From the NCBI RefSeq assembly GCF_000143415.4, contig NW_003314309.1, forward strand, positions 194,992 through 258,991: 64,000 nt of DNA. Reading direction: 5' to 3'. Position 1 is the stretch's first letter. Each line of letters opens with the position of its first letter. A program made the translations under genes and the position numbers. The stretch is from Selaginella moellendorffii (Eukaryota > Plantae > Lycopodiophyta). Positions 24,583 to 38,650 of the stretch are shown here, piece after piece. The notes beneath the pieces were generated by a model, which was not told the DNA's origin, ran no database searches, and saw nothing but the letters and a program-made list of their open reading frames with translations.

Positions 24583-26169
24583 CTCGGGCCTGAAAGTAAC
24601 CATGCAATGCCAGGAGGCCTAAGCATGTCAAAACTGTGTTTACCAATGCGATGGTGCTCCGTGCCTGTAAAGCTTTTCCAAAAATTTCTCACTCTGAAAC
24701 TAAAAATAATCCAACTTTGAGCGTTCCAGTAGTTGTAGAGAGTGTCATACAAGCAGAAGTTTATCCCAATCGTTGGGCCTATGGCAGGAGTCAAGTCTGT
24801 GGCATTTGGCAGGGAGGAAAACCAATACCAAAAGTGTCAGTCAGAGTTCCTTATGAAGGCTAAGAAAGCTCTCCTGTTGATGGATTGTGGAAAGCGTGTG
24901 ATAGATGTGGACACACAGCAACATCTACACGCAAGAGCACAAAAGCTGTAAAGGGAACAACTAACAACAAAGATCACAAAGCTCAAGGTGAGGAAATTCA
25001 GGAGAAGATTCCAGACCTGAACATGTAACCACCTTGCAGGTTCCAAACTGACAGTTGTCAAACCAGTGTAACGTGAACATGACCCAGCAGGAGCAGTCTC
25101 CAGCATCCCTACCGCACACAGCAACACCAACACAACCAGCTCTCAATGCTGACACCGACAACATGCCACATCACGGCAAACACCACAGTTGAGAGCATCC
25201 CGAGCAAGAGTGATGCTGCAAGCCTGAGCTTACACTGGATCTTAAGCTTGGCATTTCTCCAGTTTGTGGACAAAATGCAATGTCTCCAGTCAACACCATA
25301 GATGCCAATACCAGCAGATTTTGCAAGACTTTTCCACGACAAACAGATGAGCATTTTCATAAGAGACAAAGTCCAATCAACACCTTTGTCTACCAGCCCC
25401 TAGATGTGAAGTTCACGAAGATCCAGAACCATATTCTCCAGCTCAAGAGGAGCATTCAAGGTACAACTTTCTAGGAATTTGTATGCACAAAGACTTAGCA
25501 CATGAATAAAAAACTCCCCAAGGAGAATGCAGAGCTTCACAATGAGATCTGACAACTCAAGGTGAAGCAGCTATAGGGATAGGGTGCGCTACAACAGAAG
25601 AACAAGTTCAAGAATGAGCTCTCTGGAGTCATAGTAGCAATAAAACAGCCCAATGCTATGGAGAAATGAGAGCTTCAAAATGAAACTCAACTCAGTTATG
25701 GGAGAAAGTGGAGCATAGAAAATCAACATTATATTTAGAAACATCATCCTAAGTCTTGAAATTTAAATCTTAAGACTCAAGAACAGAAATGAGTGGCAGT
25801 TGCCAGAACTTATTAAGGAGGTGAGTTAACACTCAAACTCTATCCCTTTCTTTTGTACTCCAACTTTCCATCATCAATGCACATCTATTTGTGCAAAATC
25901 TACAGTACTCAAGTGATGTTAAGTTTATCTTTGCTCATGACTTCAACAAAAGCTTTCATAGGGATTGAAGGACTCAAGTCATTCCTTTTTTACTTTTTAT
26001 ATGTTTATTTGTGTTTAACTGAAGCAAAATGCAAAATCAAGTCAAACAAGTGTAGTAGTAAGCATCCACTTTACTCTTACCTTCTTTTATCTTTCACTCT
26101 TATTTTCTTTTCCTCTTTCTTTTTTTTCTAGTACAAGCTTTTAGCATACAGACTTTTACCCAAGTTTCT

Positions 26170-26950
26170 AGGAATGGCTTGTTTTAACATTTAAAGGAAT
26201 GATTGCAAAACATATAAAATTTTAGCATTTAGATTGGGATGGATATTTGCCGTTTCTTTGGTATATGTATATCACAGGGTATAAAGTTCCATTGGTGTTT
26301 CACTTTATAAACTTTTATGTGGTCATTATTTGATATTACTAATGGAGTTGAGTTTACCTTCGTGATTGCTATAAAGTACCAATACTAAGTCTTGGGATCA
26401 ACATTTGATGAGCATTTTTCCATTCATTCAAGTGGAGTTTATTGAGCATTTAGGCTATGTATAAGTGGGATAATAACAACACAACAACTTCCATCATCAT
26501 CCACCAATGGAGTATAAAGTGGATGATTTGGTGTTAATCCATTTTCCTAATATTACAATACATGGTTTGTGTAAGGGGCTCTTTATTCAGTGGAAGAGAT
26601 TATATTAAGTGTTTTGGTAAGTTAAACTGCATGTTTATAAAGCTTGGCAAAACATTCAATAAACTAATCCTCCAGAAATTATATATATGCAATAACTTAA
26701 ATGTTTTGTATAAAGGGATCAAGCACTACCTATAAATCCACCAGTGCTTCCTCCTGATGTTCCTTTAGATCCTAGTCTCTCAACCTGAAAACCTTAATTA
26801 CCTTTCATCCTTCTAAAAGAATAAGATAATATGAGGTCTAAGTGTATAGCTATGATATTGTATATAAATATTAGTATAATTTTCAAACCACTCACTTTTG
26901 TATATAAACTATGGTTTTTGGGCTAATTAAGATGCATATTTCTATATGCA
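26170..26950 (+). mobile_element. Decayed family-1 gypsy integrase C-terminus and partial 3' LTR
   Basis: Relic of TFKGMI..DWDGYLP..YKLL and YKVDDLVLI; partial paralog at 45670-46045. Confidence 0.8.
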
Positions 26951-27396
26951 CTAAGAGTGCTACTTAAACTATAAGTGAGGTTAGAAAATAAACCCTTTTA
27001 TGGCATCTTTCTTAATATTAGATCAAGAGGGTAATAAATAACTCAATGAAGTTATCAGTCTTTATATTTTTTCTTAGTGAAAATCTTATAACTTAATATA
27101 CATATCTAATCAATATAATTCATTGGGAGTAGGTAAAAATACCATAATATAACTAGTAAATTTTAGAAATATAATAAATTTACTTTTAAATAGGACAGAA
27201 AAAAAAATTAAGTAGAGAATGGATAAAAGTGAAAATACAAGTGATAGAGAAGAAACCATTGATATTTTATCCACTTGAAAAGTTCTTCACCACTTAAGAA
27301 ATAATAAGCTTAAATAGAATATTAATTATATAGTATTTTAATTCCTTTTGAAAAAATAAATATCCTCAATGTTTTTAAGGGGAGAAATTTAGAAGC

Positions 27397-27580
27397 TGTA
27401 AGCTCCTGAATTTAGACTTCCTAGAAGGTCATCTAGCTTAGTACTATTCAAACCCAAGAACACTTAATACAAAATATCCCAAAACTTTTAATCGATTGGA
27501 AAAAAGGGTACACTCTTATTTATAGGCCCTTTCCTTTTATATTTGAACCCTATGAATTGTCTCTCTCTTTAGTTATTAAG
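27397..27580 (-). mobile_element. Cassandra-like 5S-promoter solo LTR, decayed (copy 2)
   Basis: Colinear with 14661-14855 from tgtaagctc onward, with many C>T/G>A changes and a short deletion near the right end. Confidence 0.85.
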
Positions 27581-27851
27581 AATCCAGTACACTTCTTTGC
27601 AAATTCATGCCCTTGTGAATGGAAGTTGAGAGCAATAGCTTTCCAAAGAGCCCTGCTCTTTTGACACCCTACCCTTTGGGTTGAACCTAGCTGGAGCAAG
27701 TTTAATTTGCCAAATATCAATTAACATATAGTGCAATTCCATTAACTAACCAACAATATAGACCGTTTCTTGAGTCATTTTTTTTGGTTGCATTTTAAGT
27801 TACCAAATGGTATTACTTAAAAAACAAACAAGTATATTTCTAGGGGCAATT

Positions 27852-28319
27852 TGTAATGCATGTGGTTTTTACCTTTTATCTTATAGTGATTTACTATAAG
27901 ATAAAAATGAAATGGAACATAAACCCTCTATGTGCCACATGTCATCCATAGGACCTTGAGTTTCAGGGCTTTGGGCTATTAAACAAAAGAATAATGGCAA
28001 ACTCTTAAGTATGGACCTAAGGAGTGAAGGTATTATAGCACAGAGTGACTTGAAACAGTTCTAGAGTATTTAATATCCTAATGCTAAGACTAACATATAA
28101 AATAGAGTCAAATGGAGTTTAATATTATTTCAACATACTAATGGCATAATACAAGGATATAGGTACTCCATCAACTAACATCATATGAAACTTAAGCTTA
28201 AACTCAAGCCAAATGCAGAACAAGGACAAACACGCAAGCAAGAGTTAGATTATACCTCAAGTTAACCAGCCATGCCTAATCTACCCACTATCCTTATTAT
28301 ATATATGGAACCCCCTATA
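27852..28319 (-). mobile_element. Partial family-C LTR abutting the truncated 3' end of MSH3
   Basis: Colinear with 13851-14376. Confidence 0.8.
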
Positions 28320-28327
28320 GCACCGAG

Positions 28328-31300
28328 CTAGAGCTTGTAGAGGAACGTCACCTTTTGTGCCACTTCTTGCCCGGAGCTTTTGTCAAGGTCTCCTTCCAGG
28401 CTCTCCACAAGATATGACATATGGTATGCTTGAACCTGGCTGGGAAAGAGCTTCACCACCTCCGTGACGTTCAAGTAGTGAGTATGAACCTCTTGGAGAA
28501 GGTGATGGAGCATCGCATACGCGATGGTGATGCCGTCGTGTGTGCTGGTTCCTCTTCCCAGCTCGTCGATGACTACCAGCGAGCGAGAAGTTGCCTTGTG
28601 GAGAATAGTTGAAGCTTCACTCAGCTCCTCGAAAAACGTACTGGAGCCCCTCTGGATTCTGTCCATCGCCCCTAAACACGGCATCGAATACATGCAGTTT
28701 GGCTGTCGCGGCTGGAACATACGATCCTATCTGCACGATAACAAAACATACGGAGTGAAAAGAAATAAAGATAGTTGCGAACCTGGGACATGATTGTGAT
28801 TAGAGCAACTTGACCGATGTAGCAACTTTTACCACCCATTTTTGGACCAGTGATTATTTGCGATCGTTCACCCTCACCAGAAACAACTGTGTCATTTGGT
28901 ACAAATGCATCTTGCAGAGTCGAATCTAGGACCTGCTCACGGAAAGACATTCCAGTAAAAATATTAAACGACAAGAGCAAAAGAAACAAACCGGATGTCG
29001 ACCACCTTCTATCTTCAAAAGGCACGCTTCATCCACGAACTCCGGTCGAACATACCCCTGAAGCACATTTTTCATTCAGATAAGCGTTGAAAAACACAAG
29101 GAGACAGACCTGATTGCACGAGACAACAGCAAGGGAATCAAGACAGTCGAGAGCTGCTAGTGCCTGTACTGCAGCCCGGAACTCCATGTGATAGGAGGTA
29201 AAGTCAGTCAGGAACATGTCCCATGCTTTGGCGCAAGATATATTTAATTGCTCCTTTGCAAGTGCCATTCTTTCCGATGCTTCCAAGACCTCCGGAGGAT
29301 GATAGCGGTTTGCCTTTTTCGTACTGTTTATTTTAACCCAATCTGCAGGTACACGCTGCGCACATGGAACCTGAAACTACAAGCTTTTAGCAATCAAATA
29401 ACTGAATTGAGAAAAAGAAAGTACCTCGACCAAAAACGACGTTCCCGAGACGCTCAAGTATTCCAGATTTGAACACTTCCAACAGTTTCCGATAACTGGG
29501 AAGAAAACTTTCGAGATCCTCCTCAATACTTTTTATGGTCTCTTTGCATTCGTCTACCTGAAGCACGACTTAAACGAAGTCTGGGAAACGATAACAAACC
29601 TCGGGATACTGGCCGGCAACAAACAAGTTAATCTTATCCCCAGCTGCTGCTGCCTCTGCATTCAAACTTGTCACAAGCTTGTTTGCGTGATCTATCACTG
29701 AAGTTGAAGTCACTGCGGAGATTAGCCTGCTGAGGAGCGCAGACCTGGCGTCGCGAACCCGTTGAAACTGGGACGCTGCTTTCATAATCGCATTAATCAC
29801 GTTAATGAACTGCAGCAAACATTACGGTCAGAAAAGAATAACAATCAGGATTACAGAAAAGGAAAGGTACCTCATACGTTGTTGCTGTTTTGTGATAAAT
29901 TCTTGTGATACCACGCTCAAGATCAGGCAATTTTCCCAGCAGCAACAACGTTGAAGCTAAAGTTGCAACTGTTGTGCCTCTGCCTTTATCTCCAATGGAT
30001 TCGGCAATTTCCGCAACGGCGTCTAAACGTTGAGAAATAAGCATGCGGTCTCTTAACGGATGGGCCACCTGAAAATAGACATGAGTGGAAAAAACGAAAA
30101 ATCCAAGATTGTGACTGAGACCAAACTCCTTACCCAATACTTAAGCAGCCTCGCGCCAAAAGCAGTTTTTGTGTGGTTCATAAGCCAGAATAAAGATCCG
30201 TTTTCAGTACCATCAGTTTGGTTATGTAGAATCTAGAAAGAAAAAACTTGTTACTGGTAAGTAAACATCGCATTCAGTGGTTACCTCAAGCTGGCGGATG
30301 GTGTTGGGCGAGAGCGTCATCTCTTGCTGCCCGGCAAATGGTCGGAAAAGAGCTCCTAAGCGCAATACATTTTCCAGATTAAACTGCTTCAGATAAGCAA
30401 ATATATGCGCAAACGCAGCAACCACGATTTCTGGCATCGTCATCAACGCCTGCAAACTTCAATTCTCATCCGATAGTGTAATCAAGACAACTAGAAAATT
30501 ACCTCTAACCCTGCATCAACCTTCTCGTCCAGACAGCCTTTCTTAGAAGACGCCAAGCTCCCGTAGAAGTCCGCAAGAGCAGCAACAGTACCGCCATTTT
30601 CAAACGAGTTCTCAGGCGTCTTCTCGGCTCGAACATCCGCTGCGCCTGCATAGTCCATCAACAACTATACAAAAATCACCATCATTCATATACAACCCGA
30701 TCAGAGAAAAGAAAACAGCTTACCTTCTTTGTAGAAGTGGACAAGGACGCAGATAAAAGAAGTTCTGCGGGAGCACACGCAAGCAACCGTGATTCCAGTT
30801 CCGTCCTGGTGACAGTGTCCATAAAGTGACCGTACATCACGTCTCCGGTCGAGGTTTCCACGGCCACCACCCCAAATCTAGCATCAAAACTTCCCTTCAC
30901 TTCATCCTTTCCAGCGTTGGCCTTGTGCTCGGTGATTGCCTCCTCCACAACACACATGATATAGCTGCTAAGACGAATAGGTCCATCCCTTTCCCCACTC
31001 TCTTCTCCCCCAAGAAACTCGCCCGCCTCGAGCGTGGCCTTGGTATATAGCGCCGAGAGATCTCTCGAGAACGGGCCAGCCTTGTTCGTCCCGTGAGCTT
31101 TGATAGCCGCTGTCTCGGTCTGCTTGACAACGCCAACTTTGTAGCCAGCTTCCACAAGCCTTCTCACATGTACGTGCAACCGGAACGTTGGAACGCTGGC
31201 AGTGAGAAAGCTGTGGCTGTAGTAAGCAACGATTCCCAAAACATTGGCTGCTTTCTCCGCATCCTCTCCGAAAAATCGAAACTTGTATCCCACCTCGACC

Positions 31301-31719
31301 ATGAGAAGGATGTCAGGGAATTTCTTCTTGAGCTCCACAATCTGCTGCTCCAGAGGAGTAAGCTTCTCCTTCCCTGACGGTGGCTTTCCATAAAAGGAGG
31401 AATTTCCACCACCGCCATCTCTGTCCCCCTCTCCAAGAAGAACATCTACAAACTTTCTACGCCTGTCTTTAATCGCTTCCCCCGATACTCCGCAATCGGC
31501 ATCCTTCCCATCGCCCAACCCGGCGTCTACATCTAAATTCAAGCACCGTTTCTTACTCGCGCTGGCCGCATTCTCGGCTGATCGCCTGAGATGATGCGGC
31601 GATGGCCACACTAGTGTGGGAGCCCGCAATGCATCGGTCTCACCTCGCTTGAAGAAGCTGGGGATGATCGCCTGGCCCTTGGCGGCGGCAGCGCCCTCGT
31701 CCTTCTTTCTCTTTCCCAT
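28328..31719 (-). pseudogene. MSH3: DNA mismatch repair protein MSH3, multi-exon, disabled in the ATPase domain
   Basis: PIP box QAIIPSFF; MSH3-type LMVEVGYKFRFFGEDA; GRHP; DELGRGTSTHDG. Lesions: Walker A GPKMGGKS, frameshifting deletion of TRM at ~28673, deletion before THY, premature TAG at 28328-28330, C-terminus missing. Confidence 0.9.
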
Positions 31720-31764
31720 TCAAAAACTTATAAACCCTAAGATTCTTTCTTCAAGCCCAACAAT

Positions 31765-32365
31765 TACAGTCACCACCCCAAATCTATGCTTGAGGCTAAG
31801 GAGTTTCTGGGAGGAGAAGAGGGCGGTGAAAGAGATGGACCAATTTGTCTTAGCAGCTGGGTGCTGGCTTTGGTATATAGAGCCCAAGAAATCGAGAATG
31901 GGCCAGCCTTGTGTCTTGGTACGCCAACTTTGTAGCCAACTTCCACAAGCCTTCCCATACACACAACTGGAATGAGAAAGCAGCCAATTTTCTTAGAATT
32001 TGTTTATCATAGCCACAGCTTTCTCACTGCCAGCGTTCCAACATTCTGCCACATCCTCTCTAAAAAATTGAAACTTTGTATCCCACCTCAACAATGAGAA
32101 GAGTGTCTAGAAATTTCTTCCTGAGCTCCACAATCTGCTGCTACAGAGGAGTAAGCTTCTCCTTTCCCGACGGCAACTTTCCATCACAGGAGGAATTTCC
32201 ATTGGAAGCATCCTGTCCCCAATAACATTTACAAAATTTCTATACCTGTGTGCTTGCAAGAGGATTTAGATGTAGAAGCCAGGTTGGGGTATTGATTGGC
32301 TGCGTTCTCAGCCGGTCGTTTAAGATGACACAGTGATCATTCTTGAAGAAGCTGGTGGCCGCAGT
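31765..32365 (-). pseudogene. MSH3: Degenerate, rearranged tandem duplicate of MSH3 exon 1
   Basis: Segments colinear with 30860-31690; ~31787-31858 is the reverse complement of ~30963-31034. Confidence 0.85.
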
Positions 32366-35300
32366 GCTTAGTATATTTATTATAAGATTCTTATATTATT
32401 TTATTAGAATAATATTATTTGTAGGTGAACCATATATTATAGCTTACTTGCTAAATCTGAGAGGGAGATGGAAACTCTTTGGCTAATTATTTTCCTGTTG
32501 CATTTGTTAGTTATTGCAAGAGTGAAATTTCTGCAATATTTATCTTTGGAGACTCATTAGTAAATTATAGAAATAAAATTTACATTTTAAACACTTATGC
32601 AAAGGTTAATTTCCTCCCTATGGAAGGAAGTTCCTTAGTGGAGCAATAAGGAGATTTTCAAATGGAAATCTTATTCTTGATGTTAATAAAGTGTTTAAAT
32701 TTGTTCATTTGCAACTTCATATTTAAATCTTCAATTAATTTAACCATTTTTGTCACCCACAAAGAACATATAGTAAGGTGTAAATTATGGAAGTGCTAGA
32801 TTTGGATTGTTTAATATTATTAAAGTTTGTTTAAAGATAATTCATTTAATTTTTTAATTTTGTGTCAAAAGAATCTTTCCAAGCCAAAATTATCCATGAC
32901 CTATCTATCTACAAGTGAAAAATTTCATTGAAGATAAACATATACTTATATCTCAAATTGGTCTAAATGCAACACTAAACATCATAAACAATTCTATATT
33001 TTACATAACATATGGATCTAATGATATAATTAATAATTACTATGAACTTGATTCTTTTTTGCCAAGTTAATACAAAATCTTAGAGTTTATTGATATTTTG
33101 ATGCAACTTTATGATACTCAAATTCTGGTAAACATAATTCATAACTTTAAACTATTATACAACCTCTTTATTTATGTTATAGATCTTGTATCAAGAAAGA
33201 ACATGCAAAATTGTAGTTGCATCCTTATTTTCATTAGGTTGTAGCACTCTTTTTTATCAAACACCATTAACTAACTTGCAAAGTAGTAAACCAGTTTAAT
33301 TACAAACTTAATTTAGTCTTATTTTATTTTAGATTAAATTTACTAGGACTTAATATTTTTTATGTAGACTCTTACACTATATTACTTGATATTGTTCAAA
33401 ATCTTCTATCATATAGTAAATTTGTATTAAAGAAAAATACTTTATTGATAAATTTTAATCATGAAAAATTGTAATAAGCTTCACAATTTTTAATGTTGGA
33501 TGTTGCAACTTTATAGAACCCAGTTAAAATACTTTAGTGACAGAATATTTACCCTTGATTTCATCTTGTTTAGATCTAAAAAAGTATATTTATTGGGATC
33601 AATTTTATCTTACCTCCAAAATTTATAACATGCTTACTGATTTATTTTGAATGAAAGTGATTATATATATTCTATTAGCATCTAGCAATTAACTTCTATA
33701 TAATAAAGTTTAATACAAATTTTTATTCGTCTGATTTTATTTATAAAATATTATAATAAAATTTTAAACTGAAGTTTTTAAAAGTAATTTATAAATATTT
33801 TAAATACTTTATTATAATAATATTTATGTATAATATTTTACTTTAGAAAAATAAATAACTAGCAATACAAACATATGAATTAATCAAGTTTAGATTATCT
33901 GATTTAGATTTTTTAGGAATTTAAAGATTATTTACTAATTTAAGAGCATTAGATTATATATAAAATAGTTTTACTTATATTTTCTTCACCATTACTGCTG
34001 CTATAGTTTTAAAGATAAAATAATCTTTAATTTAGGTAGTGAATTGAATAAAAAATAACACTATTCTTTCATAGATATAAATGTTTTTTATCACACTAAA
34101 TTAATAGTAAACATTTCTTCTATAAACCCTATACAATGTTTTACTATCAAAGTTCATTTAATTAAATTTATTTTAAAACTTTTGAATTCAGCTATATCAA
34201 GTTATGTATATATTGGATTTTACTTAATTAATCTTTGGTTTTTCCTTGATTTTAGTTAAAATAAATATATTAGTAACTGTTCATTATATAAATGGAAAGA
34301 AACTATATTTTGTTGTTTAAATTTTTATTACAATAGCTTGAAACATCTTATTACAAAAATTTGAAATTTCTATAATAGAATTTGGATCAGTTAATTCTTT
34401 GAATAATAAAAACATTTTATAAATAGAATTATTTACGATATAATCTTGAATAAATCCTAATGAATAATTAAATAATATATTAACTATTTATTTTCAAAAA
34501 TATTCCTTACTTAATATCACATTCTAGCCCTAATTGTTGTTTAACATATAGATTTTGCAACATTTGTGGTTGTTGTGTTTTTATTTTATTTAAGTTAAAA
34601 ACTTTGGTCTCTTTTCTCATCACATGTTGGTTCTAGGATGGCTATCTTTTTCAGGTCACCATAGCTTCCCAAGATGAGGTGGTAACATTTCTAACATGGA
34701 TTATCAAGCAAAGTTCTTCTACCAATTATCTTGGATCCAAAATCCAAAAGTTTCTAGCATGGATTATCTTAGATCTCAAGCAAAGTTCTCCAAAACTTTC
34801 TAGCATGGAAGAGATTTAGGTGGTGGAAGAAGAAAGGATGTATGTGTAACCTCCCCCCATTCTCTAGGCTTTGAGTCTGCGACTGGGATCACTGCTAGCA
34901 CACGTGGTTCTTGTTGGATTCCAAGTCTAGAGATCCTCGTCTTGCTTACCAAATATCTTGACGTCCCCGATCAATCACAAGCTCCACCTGGGTTTCCATT
35001 TAGAGATGAAACAAAAGTTTGTAAAGCAGCGAAGTCCATTTTGATCTTCGTCACGAACTTGTCTTCCGAGAACTAAGAGCCTGTCAAGCCTCTCACGAGT
35101 TACAATTCTTCACAGGGAAAAAAGAAAGAAAACACAGCTCCACCTTGAGTGCCTAAACCACGAACATTGCTCATAGTTACTCCTCGAATTCCAACTCTCA
35201 GCAATGCTTGATTGAAAGAACAAAAAGCTTGAATAAAAAAAACCTTGAATCCTTGAGAGTTCTTACCCTTGATGCTTGGGAGTCTCCAAGGTCTAGAAAA

Positions 35301-35759
35301 AAAGGAGAGAGAAGCAAAGAAATTGGTATTACTGCGTTACCAGTCAGATCCGAGCTCCAAAGAATCCGTCCACATCCTCTATCCTCACAATCCAAAAGAA
35401 AAGAGAAAGAAAGCTCAAACCTTTCTGCAGCATGTTAAGATGTGCTATGCGACCCTTGAGCCGGGTCCTCCTTGAAACCTGAATAAGCCAGCGGTGACCT
35501 CATCTATCCCTGCCCTCTACAAATCACACCCAATGGTGTGTGGGACGACTGGCCTGCATCGCTCGGTCTTAGCGGCCAAGAAGATTTCCCATTTAGCCCT
35601 AAATTGTGACACCTCTTCTTCTCGTGATCGATCTGGCAATTGGATGATTTTAGCTGACTCATTCATTTTGACAGCTCATTATTGAGCCACCTGAGGCAAA
35701 TGATATACACTCACTGAGGTATAGAAGTATCTGTGCTGAGAATTTTAGACTCTATGATC

Positions 35760-38650
35760 AGAACTTTGGATATAAAACTATTCCCATCCAAAGGTTCTAC
35801 TTGATCAATCATCATGGATAGCATATGATTTTCCTCCATTCTCACTGTTCCTTCCTTAATATTGAACCACTGAATTTTAAAAATAATTCTCTTGAATTAT
35901 CTAAAGTTTACCTCATAAATATCCATTAATGTACCTGTTTAATATAAAAGTTATAAAAAACTAACATAGATAAAAATACATACCTGGAAAATCAATATGA
36001 GGTTGTTGTGGATTCCTTAACGTAATTATAATGTTGTCCATTGTTTTCTTATTTGCATTGATTTGAGAAACTCTAAAATGCTTTCCATTAATCTAATATA
36101 CTGTATAACTCATGGCCTAAAATTTAAAAGTAATTAATAATTAATTAATATTAATTATGACTTTGCATCCATTACCCAAGTCCTTAAAAAAGTTTGATCC
36201 ATTTCCTCTTCAATTAAGCATATATGTAGAGAAATATTTTCATGCTCTTCTTAATTAAGTTGAATTTGTTTTCCTAAATGCTACAATCGAATACTATTAT
36301 AATCAAATGGTATAAACTGTAAAATATTAGTTACCAAATTAGCACTAAAATATTATGCATACAAAAACTCTCTCTTAATAGTAGACCTTACACTATAGAT
36401 CTTCAAGTTTTGCTTTTTGTCTTACCAAAGATTTTAAAACTCTTAAATAACACTTAATAAAAAATATTTTTTAGCTAGTTCCAAGACCAACTATCTAACT
36501 CATCAATTAAGTGTACTAATAAATATACTTGTGATGTCATAGCTGTTGTAAATAATGTTGCTTCCAATAAACACACATAAATGATAGACTTTTCTTTCAT
36601 AATAGGTATCAAAGATTTATCTACTTCTTGAGCAGTTAAAAATCTAATTAAAATTAAAATTAATTGAATTCAAAAAATTAAATCAATTAGTACCATACAA
36701 CTTCTCCAAGAAAATATTGCTTCCTGTAAATGAGGTGTTATCTTTCCTATTATAAAAATGAGATAAACATCCTACTAAATATGTTAATTAACATTTTAGT
36801 AAATTTAGAAACTTACTCATAGTAAATGAAGCCAATTTTTTTCATACCTATTAACTTACCTTTCTCATCAACATAATTTAAAAATTCAGTTCCATATGTT
36901 GTAAGAACTTTAAAAGCCTCTATATTATTAATAAATAATTTATTTTGATAACTTGTTAATGTCCAAGTTCCATGATCAATTTTTCCATCACGTCACACCA
37001 CATATTTTACTTTATTCTACACACAACTAAGTCTTTTCTAGTATTTAATTCATCATTTTTGGTAGTAATAGTTTTATATTTAGTTTCAAAAACATTCTTA
37101 AATATGTGCATATAATCTTTTAAAAATGCTACTGGCAACTTATAAAAATATGGAAGTTGATAAAATGTGAATATAACCATTTCATACCATTAGGTAATGA
37201 TATTTGATCTTCTTGTCTAACTAAATAATATATGTTGCCTATTGTTCAGGAGTCATTTGTGTTAGTATTGGTCAAATATAATTATGACCATTAAATAAAC
37301 TAATAAAAATTAGAATTTAATTTATGTTTAGAAATAATAACTAAAATCTTACATTCTATTAGTAGACTTAAATTGATGATCCATAGGTAAGAGACACCAA
37401 TGACCAATATATATGCATTTTTATAAACTTTGTGACTATATTCCAAGAATCCAAGTCCATAGTCTAGGTAAAAGTATTTTCCCATTAGTTTGAAGTCCTG
37501 AACAAAATCATAATCCAGGAAAATCATGAATAAACTATCACACTGCTTCTCTAAGCTTAAATCACCCTCTAGCTTAAAATTATCTTTGCATGGCACTCCA
37601 TCCCATAATTGTTTCAACTCTTCCAAAAATAGGGACCAATAAATATTAGGTACCTTAGGAAGTTTTTGGCCTAGAAAAATTATAAATATAAATATTTCAT
37701 TTTATTTTTTAGACTAATACCTGGTATAATCATAATAAGAAATATAAATGAAGGCTTAATTGCTAGAGTTGGTGGTATATTAGTATTAACTACAACAATT
37801 GCCTAACATGAATATATTTTTGCCATTAATTTTGTTGGAGAAAGATTATTTGCAACTATAGTAAGATGTATATTTCTTGGATCTACTGCAAAATTTGGGT
37901 AAATAAGTTGAACCATCTGCAGGCATTCTCATTATTCCATTAGTGGATTGATGATAAAATTATAAGTTATATATTTTTTTTATTTCTCTACATTGAAATT
38001 ATTATTGAAGTCAAGGTATAATAGAGAAATAGTGCATTATTTTCTCAGGTATATAATTGTTAAAATCTTTGTGCTTGCTAGCAATAGAAATTTGACAAAA
38101 TTGAAGGTCCTTATTCTCCTTATGAAATAACATAAAATCATTGATGCATGAATTAATCTTTTTTTAGGTAAGTCCATTATGTTTAATGATATTTTCCACT
38201 TCCTTATATATATTTGAAACATTTTATTTGTAGGCAACATTTTCTTGAAGAGCCTTCATCCAAATAATGAAAAACTTAATACTATATAATAAATAAAAAT
38301 TAAATACTTTACAAAATGATCTGTTGCTTGGCTTGATATTCCAGTAATAACTTGCACATCTAAAATCCTTAAACAAGCCAACAAAATAGAAGCACTTGCC
38401 CCTTTATAAATAGGTAATAAATTGTCTTCATTTCCATATAAGCAATCTTAAAAATAATTAAATACATTATCATCCTCAATATCATCATTGCCACTACCAT
38501 TACCACCACTCAAATTAATATAACAATCATCTGGAACTATAGAGCTTTTATCAATTTCAAAAAATTGTTATACTAAAGTAGTAGATCTGCATAATCTAAT
38601 CCCTTGAATATCTTCCATTGAAAACCATGCATCATGTGGTGCTAAAGGAT
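35760..38650 (-). mobile_element. CACTA/En-Spm Tnp2 remnant, strongly AT-decayed
   Basis: EELKQLWDGVPCKDNF (ORF 37300-37626) and FAVDPRNIHL relic; paralog of 15200-16970. The very AT-rich 32400-34600 may belong to the same element but is unproven. Confidence 0.78.

Noticed and set aside
24600-25800. Short ORFs in the duplicated region (also 44400-45350)
   Set aside because: Stops in all frames and no recognisable domain; left unannotated.
34620-35700. GC-richer island inside AT-rich DNA as a gene
   Set aside because: Only short interrupted frames; no family recognised.
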